A stretch of DNA of 64,000 bases from Octopus sinensis (lineage: Eukaryota), in assembly GCF_006345805.1 (NCBI RefSeq), contig NC_043005.1, positions 30,628,001 to 30,692,000 on the forward strand. The letters run 5' to 3'. Position 1 is the stretch's first letter; every line of letters begins with the position of its first letter. Made by a program: the position numbers and the translations under genes. This document shows positions 36,588-48,720 of the stretch, in pieces. The notes below the pieces were generated by a model. It worked only from the letters and a program-made list of their open reading frames with translations. It ran no database searches and was not told the DNA's origin.

Positions 36588-37407
36588 ATTGAAAGAAGCT
36601 GGCTAAATTCAAAAGTTCGCATTTTACAAAAAAAAAAAAAATGAAAATAGAAAAATGAGAGGAGTAAAGGAAACAACTTTCCATTATTTACAATGGATGA
36701 ATATGTGTCCTGATCTTGTTTTTTGCTATCACAACGTTTCGGCAACAAGATGAGGACACCTAACCGTCTATTGTAAGTAATGTACATAATTCCACACCTC
36801 AAAAATATACAATATTATTAAACAACCTTCCAATCGCACCTTGATCATTTCTGTTGGTGTATGATGGTCTATTTCTTGTTTTTCTAGCTGATGTTCGTTC
36901 GTTTGGTAAAATTAGTAAACTTGTTTCATATTTGCTTCATTCTAATTTCTTTTTAATAATAAATGTATTAAGTAATAAATTCGCTTCATTTTCAGGTTTT
37001 TAAATAAATGTATAAAAATGTAAAATGTTTTATTTAAGCCATAATAAATTAATGAAACATGTAGAATTTGACTCTTGTAGATCTCGTTGGCTACGTAGAA
37101 CGCACACCAAAGTAGCACCGAATATACTTATTCTGTAGAATATGAAGACAAGTATTCTAAATAAATGTTGTTGTTCAAATGTATTGAAACTGTTACTAAC
37201 GTTCCCCAAGAAAGTCAATCAAAACATTATTTGCACAATTTATGGAGATACGTGCATGATTTAGAAATATTCTTATCCGGCAGCGCAGTAATAAATAAAA
37301 ACTAACGTAAATATTTATCATATTTTGCAAGAGTTATCTCCCTTACACTTTGTCTAAATGTTATAGTCTTGAAAGATACGGTGGCGTAAGAGAAGTTACA
37401 CATCATA

Positions 37408-38219
37408 TCTATAAAAGGCATGATGTGTGTGCGTGTGTGTGTACATAATTGTAATTTATGCACGTCCACAAATTAGCACACATGTCGCTCAACATTCTAT
37501 CTGGGTTTTGTCAACTTATTTTTTTCTCGAGGCACCCGCAGATAGCGGTAAAATTCTATTTTCAGCCATAGCTTTTAGCCATAAAAAAATCAGCCATAGC
37601 TTTCTGACGGCGTCTAACAAAAAAAAAATAAGATAAAAAAAAGTGGAAGAGGGGCAGAGAGTTTCACGGGAAAGACAAAGTGAGAGAGGGAAAGAGAGTA
37701 AGTGACGATGTTCATAAAAAAATATCAGCCATAGATTTTTGACGGCGTCTAACAAAAAAAAATAAGATAAAGAAAAGTGGAAGAGAGTTTCACGGCGTCT
37801 AAACAAAAAAAGGGAACGACAAAGTGAGAGAGGGAGAAAGAGAGCAAGTGACGACGTTCATAAAAATAAAATGTAAAATGTTTTGTTTTTTCTTAAACAC
37901 GAGATATAGTGTTCAAATTCAGGATGTTTTTGAAAGACACTATATTTTATAATCATAGTATATATACTTTCTCACACAACAATTACAATATATTTATTTT
38001 AAATCATCTATTTATTTTAAATCGTTCATCTTTCTCCCCCCCCCCCCTCTGTCTCTTACACACATTACTTTGGGTGCGAAAGAGTTTTGTTTTTATTTTA
38101 TGCCGAGTAAAAAAGTGTTTTGTTGAGAGTCGATATTACTTAGTTTGGTTTGAAATAAGGAACTTGATTAGCTTAATAATCGTAACTTAATCCTGGGTAA
38201 GGCCGGGTTATACTGCTAG
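37408..38219 (+). mobile_element. non-autonomous Helitron-like element with internal ~130-bp duplication
   Basis: 5' A|TCTATAAAAGGCATG; 3' CCTGGGTAAGGCCGGG..CTAG|T. Confidence 0.7.
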
Positions 38220-38353
38220 TCTTATATAAAGAAATAAATTATATACAATAATATGAGATAGACAACCGAAGGATGCTAATTTTTACTAGCAAGTAGAACT
38301 TTTTCTCGTATACCTCGAGCGAAATCTATACTACTGAGTATGTGTGTATATAT

Positions 38354-38409
<56 letters not shown>

Positions 38410-39049
38410 TATCTGAAATGTATAGTATTATATATCCATCACAGCTGCTCTTACTAATCGGTTTCATGCGAGGGATACAATGGAGTGTTAAGTAACAATC
38501 CGATTATATAATCTTGTGTTCATTAGAGTTAGATGATTTATATATATATACACATATAACAATTGATGGATATGTGTCAGATCTTTACAGTCATTTCTGA
38601 CGAATTTTTTAATTGATCAATGAGTACATCATACCATTGTTAGAAACCATTTTCTTCAGATAAATACATGAATTTTACAATCAAGAACATCATTCATCAT
38701 CATTTAGCGTCCGTTCTCCATGCTAGCATATTAAAAAAAATTTTTAATCCACAGCCCATACATATTTAGTGATTCCACAATTTAATATTCCAACCTAACT
38801 AGGTGCCTCACTTTTAAGTGCCTTACTCAACTGAACCATGTTATATATATTTATTATACAAAACCTACAAGAGAAAGAGAAAGAAAATGGAGTTTACAAG
38901 ATTCTTTATTAATCATTATGATCGTTTCAACACATTGTACATTGATCCCTTGTGGGAGAGATGCTGTGTGAACAGTTGTGGTGCATCGTTTGGTGCAGAC
39001 ATACCTCATCGGGTGACTTGTTAACAGGTACCTCGTTGAGAACCCTACC

Positions 39050-39480
39050 AGCTCAGGATTGCATGTGCTTTGCCCCTTAGCTTGTATGCTTGCCTTGGGA
39101 GGGGCAGCAAGGACTGAACAAGTCTTCATGAGCTGAAAGGTTCCACTTGTGGTCTCTTATCACTCATAGTCATCTTGAGCTGGTTTCAGCTGCTATGGCT
39201 ATCTTCCTTGTGGCTTTCTCTAGGTGTTTCTGTTCAAGTCCTATCTTTTGTAGGAAAGAGTGCACTGCGCTAGACAGATGGCCATGGCATCTGACTTCAT
39301 TATGGAATGAGGCCACATGCCATCCTTTGACAAGAGCCCCATCGACCTAGTTCTGATAATTGATTCTCTTTAACTAGTGGGAAATATTTAGTCTGTCCTT
39401 CCAGGGCACTGAGAGCTCAACCCATAACAAATATCCTAGAATGTTTAACACCAGAACCATGATAAAATACCAAGCTGAAA
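39050..39480 (-). pseudogene. 3' fragment of a restriction-like-endonuclease non-LTR retrotransposon (Hero-like)
   Basis: Degenerate minus-strand translation ELSVPWKDRL..KGWHV..EVRCHG..AIAAETSSR*L, resembling the ELTVPWE..GW..EVG.RG..AERASRWLW C-terminus. Confidence 0.55.
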
Positions 39481-39843
39481 AAATTGCATCTTCTTCTTGT
39501 GGTTCACTTTTAAATTCAATATAAAAAAAGGTGCAAGAATACATTTTTAGACATTTTATTAAACGGTTAGTTTGATTTTAAATGAATTTTATTTATTTAT
39601 TTCCTTTGTTACATGTAATAAATAGTAAGAAACAGTTATCTAAAGTTTCATAGTTTTTGTATCCTAGCCTCAAGAAGAAATAAAGATATATATATATATG
39701 TATATATATATACATATATATTTGTATATATATATATATATTTGTATATGCACACACACATATATATATATATAATATATATGTATGTATGTATATATGT
39801 ATGTATGTATATATATATATATATATTATATATATATATATAT

Positions 39844-39877
<34 letters not shown>

Positions 39878-40949
39878 ATTATATATATATGTATATACAT
39901 ACATACATATACACACACATACATACATGCATGCACATACATAGACACATACACACGTATGTTTGCATGTAAGTATAAACCACATATACATACATATGTA
40001 TGTATGTATGTATGTATATACATTTCAAAATTTAGAAAGAACTATTTAAAAAAGAACTATAATGTTTTTATTAGAAATAAAGTGAACATTACATCAGATT
40101 CAATGAAACAATACAAGGAAGGAGTGTTATTACATTTGAAAAATACAGTGCTGGTTCAATGCCTCCGACATATTTAAGTAGAGTGTGATGTGATTAGTTC
40201 AAACAGAGGTGTCATCATTTTTCTAGTTTCTAATTTACTTTTAAAAAATGATAAGAGCATCAAATTCTGAAATCTGCAATTGTTTGTATTATAAATGGAG
40301 AAATAAATTAATTAATTGATAAGTAATTAAATTATTAATTTATAAATATTACATCGAATGGTTGTTTGTTTTATTTCAGACATTGTAGCAGAAGCTATGC
40401 TGCCTTCATGGTGTATTTTGAAATATTTCTACAAAATTTAATCATGAAATATCCTCCATACAAAAAAAAAAAAATTAATAAAAACTGCAACATGACTACA
40501 TCAACAGCAAAAAATGGTGGATGTCATAAAGTCTTAATTTTTAATAAATTGTTTAAATTCTGAAATGTTAAATATAAAACTTGGAAATCCTGTATAAATA
40601 AATAGAGAATAGAAGAATTTGGAATCATATTTTGTTGCTTTAAGAGAAAAGGCAAACCCATTGCAACCAATGCCAACATGGCAGCAGAAACCATAAGGAC
40701 ACAGAATTAGTTATTTGTGTGGTTCCCTGTGGGCTCTGGTCATACTGGAGCACTGATCACAATTAGTTTGCTTCTATAGTACATGGAGCCAAGAAAAAAT
40801 GTGAAATGAAGTAGTAATGTGTTAAATGTATTTAATAAATTTATCAGTGTAGAATTGGTTGTCCATCCATTGACTCCACCCACTATTCCTGAGAGGGGCA
40901 TGGACGGAGAGTTTTCAGGTGATTCCTCCATGGGGTCCTATTAGGAGCA

Positions 40950-41235
40950 ATTGTCATTACACTTTCTGGCTGGATTCCCAAGCATGACCACTTGCGACAA
41001 TGGACATCATCAAACCATCTGATTCTTGGTCTACCCCAAGCTCTTGTACCAGTTGCCTTGGTTTGAAGAATCTGTCTTGTGATTCTTTCCTAATCATATG
41101 TCCATAATACCAGAACTGTGACCTCTCTGTGTGAAGCAGTGGCAGGTCAACCTGGAGAGACTTCCTAAACTTCAAGCTATGCACCCCAATGAGTAAAGTT
41201 ACTTGAGAGATCCTTCAGGGAAGCCCCATTTCACC
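40950..41235 (-). pseudogene. old RTE-like LINE 3' fragment
   Basis: LLHTERSQFWYYGHMIR-like C-terminal motif; highly degenerate. Confidence 0.5.
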
Positions 41236-41982
41236 TGCTTGTATTTGTGATCATACCTTTTGAGTTATTACCTGTTTGGTTGTGGAATTGTGATATCATA
41301 TGAATTTCTATGAACTGAAAGACAGATTTCGAGTGGAAATATTTATATATTGGTTTCAAAACTTTGGAAGAAGGCCAGTAATTTCAGGGGAACGGATAAA
41401 TCAATTACTCTGACCCCCAGATGTAAAGATGTACGAAATACCACCAGGCATTTGGTCTAGCATGGTAATGCTTCTGCCTGCTCACCACTGGACGATTATT
41501 TATTTAATGGCACAGTACCTTATCCATGGCTATTAAGAGAATCGGATATTCTAGTTTTAACTTTAAACCTCTTTCTCTCCATTCAGTGTCAATTAAACAT
41601 TAATAAACACCATCTCATTAAAGTATAAAGGGAAATACTCAAATTAATTCAGACTAGTTTTCTTTTTGTATCTATTCATACGTAATTAAAATAAATATTC
41701 ATTCATAGATTACCCAGTCGAAATTTCCCATATGTTATTAAAAAAAGCTATTGATTTACAGTAATTAAAATACATAATTAAAAAAGTCTTAGTTCACATT
41801 TAAAACTAGAAATATTTCCAATGTTCATTTAAATTGTTTAAATGACTACAACCATTTGAATTATTTGACTGCTGAAGGATGGTGACAAGTGACACAATAT
41901 CACTTGGCCAGGGAGATGATAGTCAACAGTATACAAAAAGTTGGCCAAACAAATACACATTCTCTCTCTCACTCTCTTTAAC

Positions 41983-42042
<60 letters not shown>

Positions 42043-42061
42043 ATATATATATATATATATA

Positions 42062-42108
<47 letters not shown>

Positions 42109-42113
<5 letters not shown>

Positions 42114-42153
42114 ATCGTTTTTTCCAAACAACTCTGATCGCAAATAAATCGTG

Positions 42154-42238
<85 letters not shown>

Positions 42239-42392
42239 TCGATAGATATAGATATTTATAAAGCACGATTTATTCATGATTAGAGGCGTTCGTACACTGA
42301 GGTACTTTTGTGTCAAATGAATATGAGCAAAACAGGAAATAAAGTACGATTTAGTCGTGATCAGAGTTGTTCGAAAACCGAGGTTGTACATA
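42109..42392. mobile_element. foldback element interrupted by (TA)n(GA)n
   Basis: AAACAACTCTGATCGCAAATAAATCGTGCTTTAT is inversely repeated near 42258-42290 and 42339-42390. Confidence 0.5.
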
Positions 42393-42404
42393 TATATATA
42401 TATA

Positions 42405-42687
42405 CTAGCAGTATTGATGGTAAATTTTTTTTAGTTAAAAAGGTCGAGTTGCGTCCCCTAGACAGTCTGTGGTTTGTGTTTCTGATTCTCGACCCCATGT
42501 CGAATTTATCAATTTTTTTCAGAACTGGGGGAACTTTTCAAAATTTTCGCTGCGTTAGTTTTGAATTATGACATTGGGCTATGTGTGTGTCAAGTTTCAT
42601 CAGAATCGGTTGAAAGCCGTGGTCAGGGTGAGGGTACAACCTAACAGACACACAGAAACACACACAGAAAAACTGCCGTTTATATAT

Positions 42688-42690
<3 letters not shown>
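42405..42690 (-). mobile_element. short non-autonomous Helitron-like element
   Basis: Minus strand TC start (TCTATATATAAACGGCAG) and CTAG end; subterminal hairpin missing. Confidence 0.6.
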
Positions 42691-42728
<38 letters not shown>

Positions 42729-42730
<2 letters not shown>

Positions 42731-42889
42731 GGAGTAAATACATAAATGTGAAACAAGGTGGAAAAAAGAGTACTCAAATACTAGTGGTAGAGTAATATGC
42801 TTTATTTAAAGCAGCAGAAAATTCAACAAAATCTGTTACTCTGAGTTTCTCGTTGCCGTGCATCAGAATTTACTGCTGCTTTAAATAAA

Positions 42890-42890
<1 letters not shown>
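42729..42890 (-). mobile_element. small Penelope-like remnant with inverted arms and a broken hammerhead
   Basis: 25-bp inverted repeat 42800-42824/42866-42890. Between the arms the minus strand reads CTGATG(C)..GAAAC-TCAGA-GTA-ACAG. Embedded in (TA)n. Confidence 0.55.
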
Positions 42891-42927
<37 letters not shown>

Positions 42928-43674
42928 TTAATGTCATGCTGTGCTATTTTTTTACAGTACCTTAGCTGCTAAAAGTGTAAGGGAGATAACTTTCGTAAAC
43001 TACGATTCCTAGTTACTGTGCTGATTTTTACCACGTCCATGAGATTTGTAGAAAATTTCTTACTATTACTGCTACTTGCCTCCAACCACTCTAAATATTT
43101 CGTCCGGCGTGCTAACATTTCTGCCAGCTCCCCGCCTTGAAGCATGTCCGATATCAAAAACTCCATGTGCTTTCCTGTTCAAGTGTTCGGCAAAGTATTT
43201 GTAGAAAACAAAGCAAAACAAACCATAGAGTAAAGATTGTTTGCCAACGTAACATGGCAGTCCTGGTTTAGGGCGAATGTTACTGTAATTTAGCCCCAGA
43301 AGACATCGTCTCCAGCTGGCTGTACGACACGATCCGTGTCTTTATATTTTCAAACGAGGCCATTTAGCACCCCAAATCAGCTCAAAACAATATCTGTGTA
43401 TTGTGATTTACATGAAAAATTGTTTACATATCTTATAAGCAATCACTCACGATTAATTTCCGTGTGTGTGTGTGTGTGATAAACAGATAATTTCAAGGAC
43501 TCCCAAAATTGCTCACTTTATTACACCGATTACAGTTCCTCATTTACTAATTAAGATCATTAATCCTTCAAGCAAAATTAGTTTCTAAAAAAACAAATTT
43601 TCCACAAATTTCTTTTTGTTGTTTTCATCATATTTTGTTATTGTGTGACTGTTCACTGCACATAAACCCTTCGT

Positions 43675-43675
<1 letters not shown>

Positions 43676-43717
<42 letters not shown>
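43676..43717. repeat. (AGT)n microsatellite
   Basis: Direct reading. Confidence 0.95.
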
Positions 43718-43718
<1 letters not shown>

Positions 43719-44703
43719 AAGTTGTTAGAGCATCAGTAAAATATTACCTTGACATTCTCCATTGAAATGAAGCTGAGGGGTCGACTTTGCTTTCATCGTT
43801 TTGAGGTTGATAAAATGAAGAACAAGAACTGGGTTGATGGAACAGACAAGCCCCTTCCCTCAAAATTAACGGCATTGGGCCTAAGTCAAAAACAAAGAGC
43901 AAAGGGCTGGCAGAATCAGTAGAGAGTTGGCAAAACTGCTTCGTGACATTTCTATCATCTTCTTACATCCTGAGTTCAAATCACACTGAGGTCAGCTTTG
44001 TCTTTCATCCATTTAGGGGTTGGTAAAATAGAATACCTGTGACATACTGGGATCAATGTAATGACTTACTTCCCATAAAACTGGCATTCTGCCAAAATTT
44101 TAAATTATTATATTTTAAGTGTTTTGCAAATTATATTTACAATATAACGGATGGCAATTGTCCACAACTCCACTATTTTGGTCTCGATTTCAATGTCTCT
44201 ATGTATCTTGAACAGTTGTTTTAATAAGTTTCTGCAGCAGCAAGGGTAACATTCATTCCCATGCCCTTACAGAATAATTTCAGTTCTAGATCTCAACTCT
44301 GCAAAACTCAGGTTTCCAAAATCACTGAGTCATTCTACTAAGAGGACATTATCCCAAAGCTTGTTGCAGTTCACTTCTGAAGCAGTTTATTTGTCAACTG
44401 TTTCTAAATTTCATCTTATGTTTCCATCTGTACCCCAGCCACCACCTACAGTAAATCAATCTGAATGTTATCTGAATTCCGACCTTCCATAGTTATCACC
44501 ACCCTCAACTTCTCCATACTAATATCTAGAACCATAATTTATTGGTAGACAAAACATTTTCGTGCTTTACCAGTGAATAATAGTCATTGTGCTTTCTTAA
44601 TGAGAGGTAGAAAAATATGGAATTATTCTGTTGTTAAAAAGGTGCAGAGGAACAAATCAGGTTAAAGAGAAAAGAAATTAATTAGTTAATTAGTGATATG
44701 GTA

Positions 44704-44709
44704 TTTATT
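44704..44709 (-). promoter_or_regulatory. candidate polyadenylation signal of the desaturase
   Basis: AATAAA on the minus strand about 137 nt after the stop codon. Confidence 0.4.
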
Positions 44710-44845
44710 GCTCAGTGGGGAACTGATTAAAAATATAGAAAAATATGTCTTTAGCAACCATATAACCTGAAAGTGTCCAGTGCTGGGCAAGAAATTTTAG
44801 TGGTGAAAAAAAAAAAGGTTTGAAAATTTGACACTATTAAAACAA

Positions 44846-45952
44846 TCATTTGTAAACATGTATCTGGGTAGAGTCACTAATCAATGACTGAGCTGCATAT
44901 TTCTTGAACATGCTCCAAAATGTTGGAAGAATTGGATCAGTATAATAGTGCACCAAATGTGGGAAAGCTTTTCGGAAATGGCTAGTGGCTTCTGGAAGAT
45001 GATAGTGGGGTACTATACTAAATAGATGGTGGATCTGGTGTGTGCCGATGTCATGGGTTAATCCATGCACCCAACCATAATCCCTATCAATTGAGGATAA
45101 TTGCCCTGAAACATAGTTCCATTGATCATCTGAATACCAAGGGATGTTGACATCATGGTGGTGTAAGAAAGTAAACACCACCATGTACGTGGAAAACACA
45201 AAAAGAGGGATGATATAATGGTGAACAAGCATTAGAAACCCTTTCTGGTGGTAAAACATATACAAAATATAAGCCATTATGAAGTCTCCTATAAAAGATA
45301 AAGTACATCCCAGGATATGGTTCTGAAATAGAAAATGGAATAGATTAAAATGATTGACTTGTCGTGGCTTATAACCACGCACCAAGTAGCCAAACCATCC
45401 TAAACCAAGACCAAATCCAGGTAAAAGCTGAGTTGATGTTTTTCGAAATTTTTTCCTGATGGGATAATAGACTTCATCTTTATCAATATTTCCAGTGTTT
45501 TTATGATGGTTTTTGTGGGACAGTTTCCAAGTATAGTAAGGACATAACAGAAAAGAATGTAACAGGGTTCCCATTGTATCGTTTAATAAGGGATGATGGG
45601 AGAAAGAACCATGTCCACAGTCGTGTCCCAGAACAAAAATAGCAGTGAACATGGTCCCTTGTAAGAACCAATAAAGGGGTATATGTACAATTCCTGCCGA
45701 CACAGGTAAGTTATTCATGGCCCACTCACTAATTACGTACAGGACTGTCATACTAATGACATCACGAACAACATAATACATTGATGTAGAAACTTTAGGA
45801 TTGAAACATCGAGCTGGTATAACTTGTTTGATTTGAGTGATGGTTGGCAAGTTCTGCGGCACACCAACTTTAAAAAGTTCTTCAACCTCCTGTTCCGAAG
45901 TGCCAGATGTTTGCATTGAAGTGGCTCCATCACAGTCTTCTTCCAAAACCAT
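44846..45952 (-). CDS. methyl-end (omega-x; delta12/omega3-type) fatty acid desaturase, 368 aa, intronless CDS
   Basis: Three His boxes HDCGH, HKNHH and HQIHH; no cytochrome b5 domain; N-terminal IKQVIPARCF motif; hydrophobic segments; no stops. ATG in ACCATGG context just after a splice acceptor. Confidence 0.95.
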   Translation of the reverse strand: MVLEEDCDGATSMQTSGTSEQEVEELFKVGVPQNLPTITQIKQVIPARCFNPKVSTSMYYVVRDVISMTVLYVISEWAMNNLPVSAGIVHIPLYWFLQGTMFTAIFVLGHDCGHGSFSHHPLLNDTMGTLLHSFLLCPYYTWKLSHKNHHKNTGNIDKDEVYYPIRKKFRKTSTQLLPGFGLGLGWFGYLVRGYKPRQVNHFNLFHFLFQNHILGCTLSFIGDFIMAYILYMFYHQKGFLMLVHHYIIPLFVFSTYMVVFTFLHHHDVNIPWYSDDQWNYVSGQLSSIDRDYGWVHGLTHDIGTHQIHHLFSIVPHYHLPEATSHFRKAFPHLVHYYTDPILPTFWSMFKKYAAQSLISDSTQIHVYK

Positions 45953-45957
45953 GGTGT

Positions 45958-45990
45958 CTGTCAAAAAATTTTAAAAAAAGGACAAAACTG
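45958..45990 (-). promoter_or_regulatory. 3' splice acceptor upstream of the desaturase start codon
   Basis: Minus strand TTTTGTCCTTTTTTTAAAATTTTTTGACAG|ACACCATGG implies an upstream non-coding exon that I could not locate. Confidence 0.7.
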
Positions 45991-46025
45991 AATAAACATC
46001 AAGTGATATAATATTGTAGGGGTTT

Positions 46026-46784
46026 ATGCAGTTTTGCACCTCTCCTTGAAAAATGCAGTTTTTTGAAAACATTTTGTTCAGATTCCTATGCTTTAGATGT
46101 CGGAGATTACGAATATGCAAAAAACAAATTTTTTTTAATTCTACCCCCCCACCCCCCACCCCAATTTAAATTTTTGATTTTGTTTACTTTAAAGAGATTG
46201 TAGCAAATTGACGAACATATGCAAATCGAAATTAAATCCAAACAAAAACATTAAAGTGAAGAGAATTTGCGTTTTACTTGTGTTAACAATAATTTAATGT
46301 AAATTAAATATACACCATTTTATGAGAAACAAACATTAATGTTTAACAATTAATGTTAGAAAGTTTAATAAGGGGCTCAAAATTTCACCCCTCCCCCGAT
46401 TTTCAATTTTGAACTTTTTCATCCATTTGTTTATCTGTCTATCTATTTATCCCTGTCTATTTATTCATAAAATATATTTGTCAACTAAATGTAGTGGTCC
46501 TAGAGAAGACGGTGTTACTGTTGTTTTTAGTCACAGGAAGACATATCTATCTCTTTATATTCACTTATCTATATGCTTATTGAATTTAAAATTTTGAAAA
46601 CATGGTTTCTTGCATATTCGGAATTTCCGTCATCTAAAGCAAGGAAAAAAATTTCGAAAAGGTACAAAATTTGTGGTGGGGAGTGGGGGGGGGTTGTATA
46701 TTCATTATCTCCGACATCTTAAACGTAGGAATCCGAAAAGATTTTTTTTTAATGCATTTTTCAAGGAGAGGTGTGAAACTGCAT
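46026..46784. mobile_element. foldback/MITE-like DNA element with ~90-bp inverted repeats
   Basis: 46026-46120 is inversely repeated at 46694-46784 (..CTCCGACATCT..AGGAATC..TGCATTTTTCAAGGAGAGGTG..AAACTGCAT). Confidence 0.65.
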
Positions 46785-47551
46785 CAGAACTCCGCAGAAA
46801 TTGTATTCACCTCAATAGACGTCATTGATCGGTTGAAATTGCCGAAATGCAAGAAATTTAACAATAAATAGGGCAATGTAAAAGCCATAAATAGCTTACA
46901 AACTACAGAATTTTCTCTAGAAAGCCAAGAGAAAAAGATGTGTTATGTAACACACTACAATAATACGAAGTTTAAAAGTGTTTAGTTACAAAGAAATTAT
47001 TTTAAAAATCTGCCGGCCAAAGTGAAAAGATCCCACTATTGAGTCGTTTAATGAGTTCAATGTCTGTCATCATACTAAACAGATGCAAAAATCATTATAC
47101 ATCGTCACCATTTATGTGACAACCCCTACACACATACATACACATCACTGCTACTCATACCACCACTCACACACCTTCTTATACCATCATTTCCTCACTA
47201 TCTCCTACATTGTTACTGTTTCTGCTCTTCCAGACACAGTTGTTCCCCTTGGTCCGTCAGATGTAAAATTACTTTTTTTTTTTATAGTTTCGTTGTTGCT
47301 GCACACCGTCGTCATCCTCCTCATCATCAATACTTTTATAAGTTAGTGAGCTGGTAGAATCAACAACGCATCAGACAAAAAGCTTAACAACACTTCTTCT
47401 GGTTCTTTGTGTTCTAAGTTCAAATTCTGCCGTGATTCACTTTGTCTTTCATCTTTTTAGGGGTCAATAATTTAAGTACCATTTGAGTACAGGGGCTGAC
47501 GTTATCAACTTACCTACTCCCCATAAAATTCAGACTTATATTATAGAAAGG

Positions 47552-47552
47552 G

Positions 47553-47591
<39 letters not shown>

Positions 47592-47619
47592 TTGTTGTTG
47601 TTGTTTTTGTTGTTGTTGT
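47552..47619. repeat. (GTT)n microsatellite
   Basis: Direct reading. Confidence 0.95.
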
Positions 47620-47789
47620 AAAGGTGACAAACTGGCAGAACCATTATTGAGCCAGACAAAGTGCTTAGCTGCATTTCATCCAACTTTACCTTATGTTCAA
47701 ATCCTGCCAGGGTCAATAAAATAAGTACCAGTTGAGCACTGGGACCAATGTAATCACCGCTACAAATTTAGCAGGCATTTTATCTTGAA

Positions 47790-48720
47790 GTCAACAATTC
47801 TCCTCAAATCTCAAGAATCTTTCTTTAGATTCTTGCAGAATATAATATGTTACTTTTTCTGCCAGGTCAACAAATATTTTCAGTCTTTTAGGCAGCATTT
47901 TTGGGTGTTGTGCCAAGAGCACCAATTACTACAGGAATAACTGTTGTCTTGGTCTTCTACAGTCTCCTCACCTCTCTGGCTAGAGCATGACATTTCTCAG
48001 GGTTTTTTTTTCAGTATCTAGTTATAGAGAATTGCAAATGATTTTGCCCTATTTGTTTATCTTGTTCTTTATGATCATTTCAGGTCTCCTTACCTCAATG
48101 GTATAGTCAATCTTTATGGCAAAGTACCACAAGGTCTTGCACTTCTTAATTTCTATCACAGCTTTTGATTCGTGTTCATACCATTTTTCTGTTGTTTTGA
48201 AGTCACATGCTCATCTAACATCCCAAGGTACTCTTCTGCCTACACAGTCATGTCTCTGCTTATACTCCTTTTGTGCTAACTTACTGCACTCACTCAAAAT
48301 GTGACTGATACTCCCATCTGCTATGCTGCAGATTTTACATTTGCTGTCTGACCGAGTTTTGATGATCTTCACCTTGATTAGATTTGTTTTAAGGGCTTGT
48401 TCCTGACTGGCTATAATTAATGCTTCTGTTTCTTGTTTCAAGTTCCCATTTGTCAATCAAAGCCAGCATGATTCACTTCCAGCATTTTCAGCTTGTTGCA
48501 TGAATTGGCCCTACAGTTCCATTTCTTTCCATTTATCATTATCATTATTTATTAGTGCTTTATTGATATTGTTACTATCCCACCACCACCATCACCATCC
48601 CAGTTCATTAGTGAGATTCTCATTGACTCTAATTTATTTTTAGTGTACATCCAGTCTGAATCATAGGCACCAAGTACCATTTCCATCCTTGTGACTTGCT
48701 ACTCCTATATTACATGGACA
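47790..48720 (-). pseudogene. 3' fragment of an R4/Dong-like REL non-LTR retrotransposon
   Basis: LKQETEALIIASQEQAL, CCHC finger CKIC..SISHILSEC, YKQRHD, VIPVVIGALG; degenerate. Confidence 0.7.

Noticed and set aside
45953-45964. N-terminal MTDT extension of the desaturase in the ORF track
   Set aside because: It starts at a TTG inside the splice acceptor; the ATG at 45952 has a strong ACCATGG context.
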